The notes beneath the pieces were generated by a model. It was not told the origin of the DNA. It worked only from the letters and a program-made list of their open reading frames with translations, and did no database searches. From Selaginella moellendorffii (lineage: Eukaryota > Plantae > Lycopodiophyta): a DNA stretch of 64,000 bases. The DNA lies in assembly GCF_000143415.4 (NCBI RefSeq), contig NW_003314292.1, forward strand, positions 861,325 through 925,324, read 5' to 3'. A program made the translations under genes and the position numbers. The number at the start of each line of letters is the position of its first letter. Within the stretch, counting starts at the first letter, position 1. Shown here in pieces: positions 63,401 to 64,000 of the stretch.

Positions 63401-64000
63401 CTCCAAGTGCTAACAGATCATTCGACAAGCTATAGCAAATGAATGCTACAACCCCTTTTCCAACACCTTATGGGCAAACTCTCAAGGAAACAAGGTACCA
63501 ACTTAAGTTTAGCATAATGGACCACCATCAAGAATTCAGTCAAAGCTACTATAATGCTACTTCGTGTAGGTAGACTAGCATCACTATCAACCACTTTGGG
63601 GTTGATCATCATTTAACCAAGCAACTTCGTAAATGCATTGCTCATTATCACATGGATATGATATAAAAATCACAATGTCTTGACCATCAATTGAGCAACA
63701 CCACGAGCAACACCCATGTCATTACTTCAAAGGTTTATATGAATATCAAGTGCTAACTCAATTTGACAAAATGCAACATAAATGCCACACTTCACCAAAA
63801 GAGATTTACAACACCCAACACCATTAACTTTTGTTTATAACACAGACAAACTCATGCCACTCTCTTTTTGACCAAACTCAAAACTAATCCAACACCAAGC
63901 TACTCAAGGAGCAATAGCAAGGTTCCCCAAAAAAGAATTAAGCATTGCAATCCAAGTCTTCAATAGCAAGCTTAAACAAAATGGTTTAGCGTTTCACTAC
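60500..64000 (-). mobile_element. Highly degenerate Copia-like pol region
   Basis: Minus-strand relics in integrase, RT, RNaseH order: HFADD (~63155), RTFGAKA (~62800), G.IEEDI (~61300), ML.AIF (~60545). No long ORFs. Confidence 0.5.

Overview
Eukaryotic plant nuclear DNA. Very short GT-AG introns (~45-60 bp), GC-rich exons and tight gene spacing suggest a compact lycophyte genome such as Selaginella (inference). The flanks (1-11 kb, 48-64 kb) are AT-rich with retrotransposon relics, a young gag-less Copia element inserted into a CRINKLY4-like fragment, and three unusual secreted-protein genes (a cysteine-repeat peptide, an AT-rich GNA-lectin chimera and a bacterial-looking LamG protein). The core holds a KEG-like kinase, a GH35 beta-galactosidase, an orphan gene and a cytosolic HSP90. 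The main feature is a ~24 kb duplicated, partly inverted array (19.9-43.3 kb) centred on HSP90. It repeats a two-gene module: an 8-Cys nsLTP-like gene followed by a signal-peptide-bearing, highly divergent FT/TFL1/MFT-like PEBP gene (5 full PEBP copies plus 1 partial). To the right lie an RMI1 pseudogene and an apparently in-frame chimera of oligopeptidase B (N-half) and RadA/Sms (C-half). All homology calls come from recognised motifs, not database searches.
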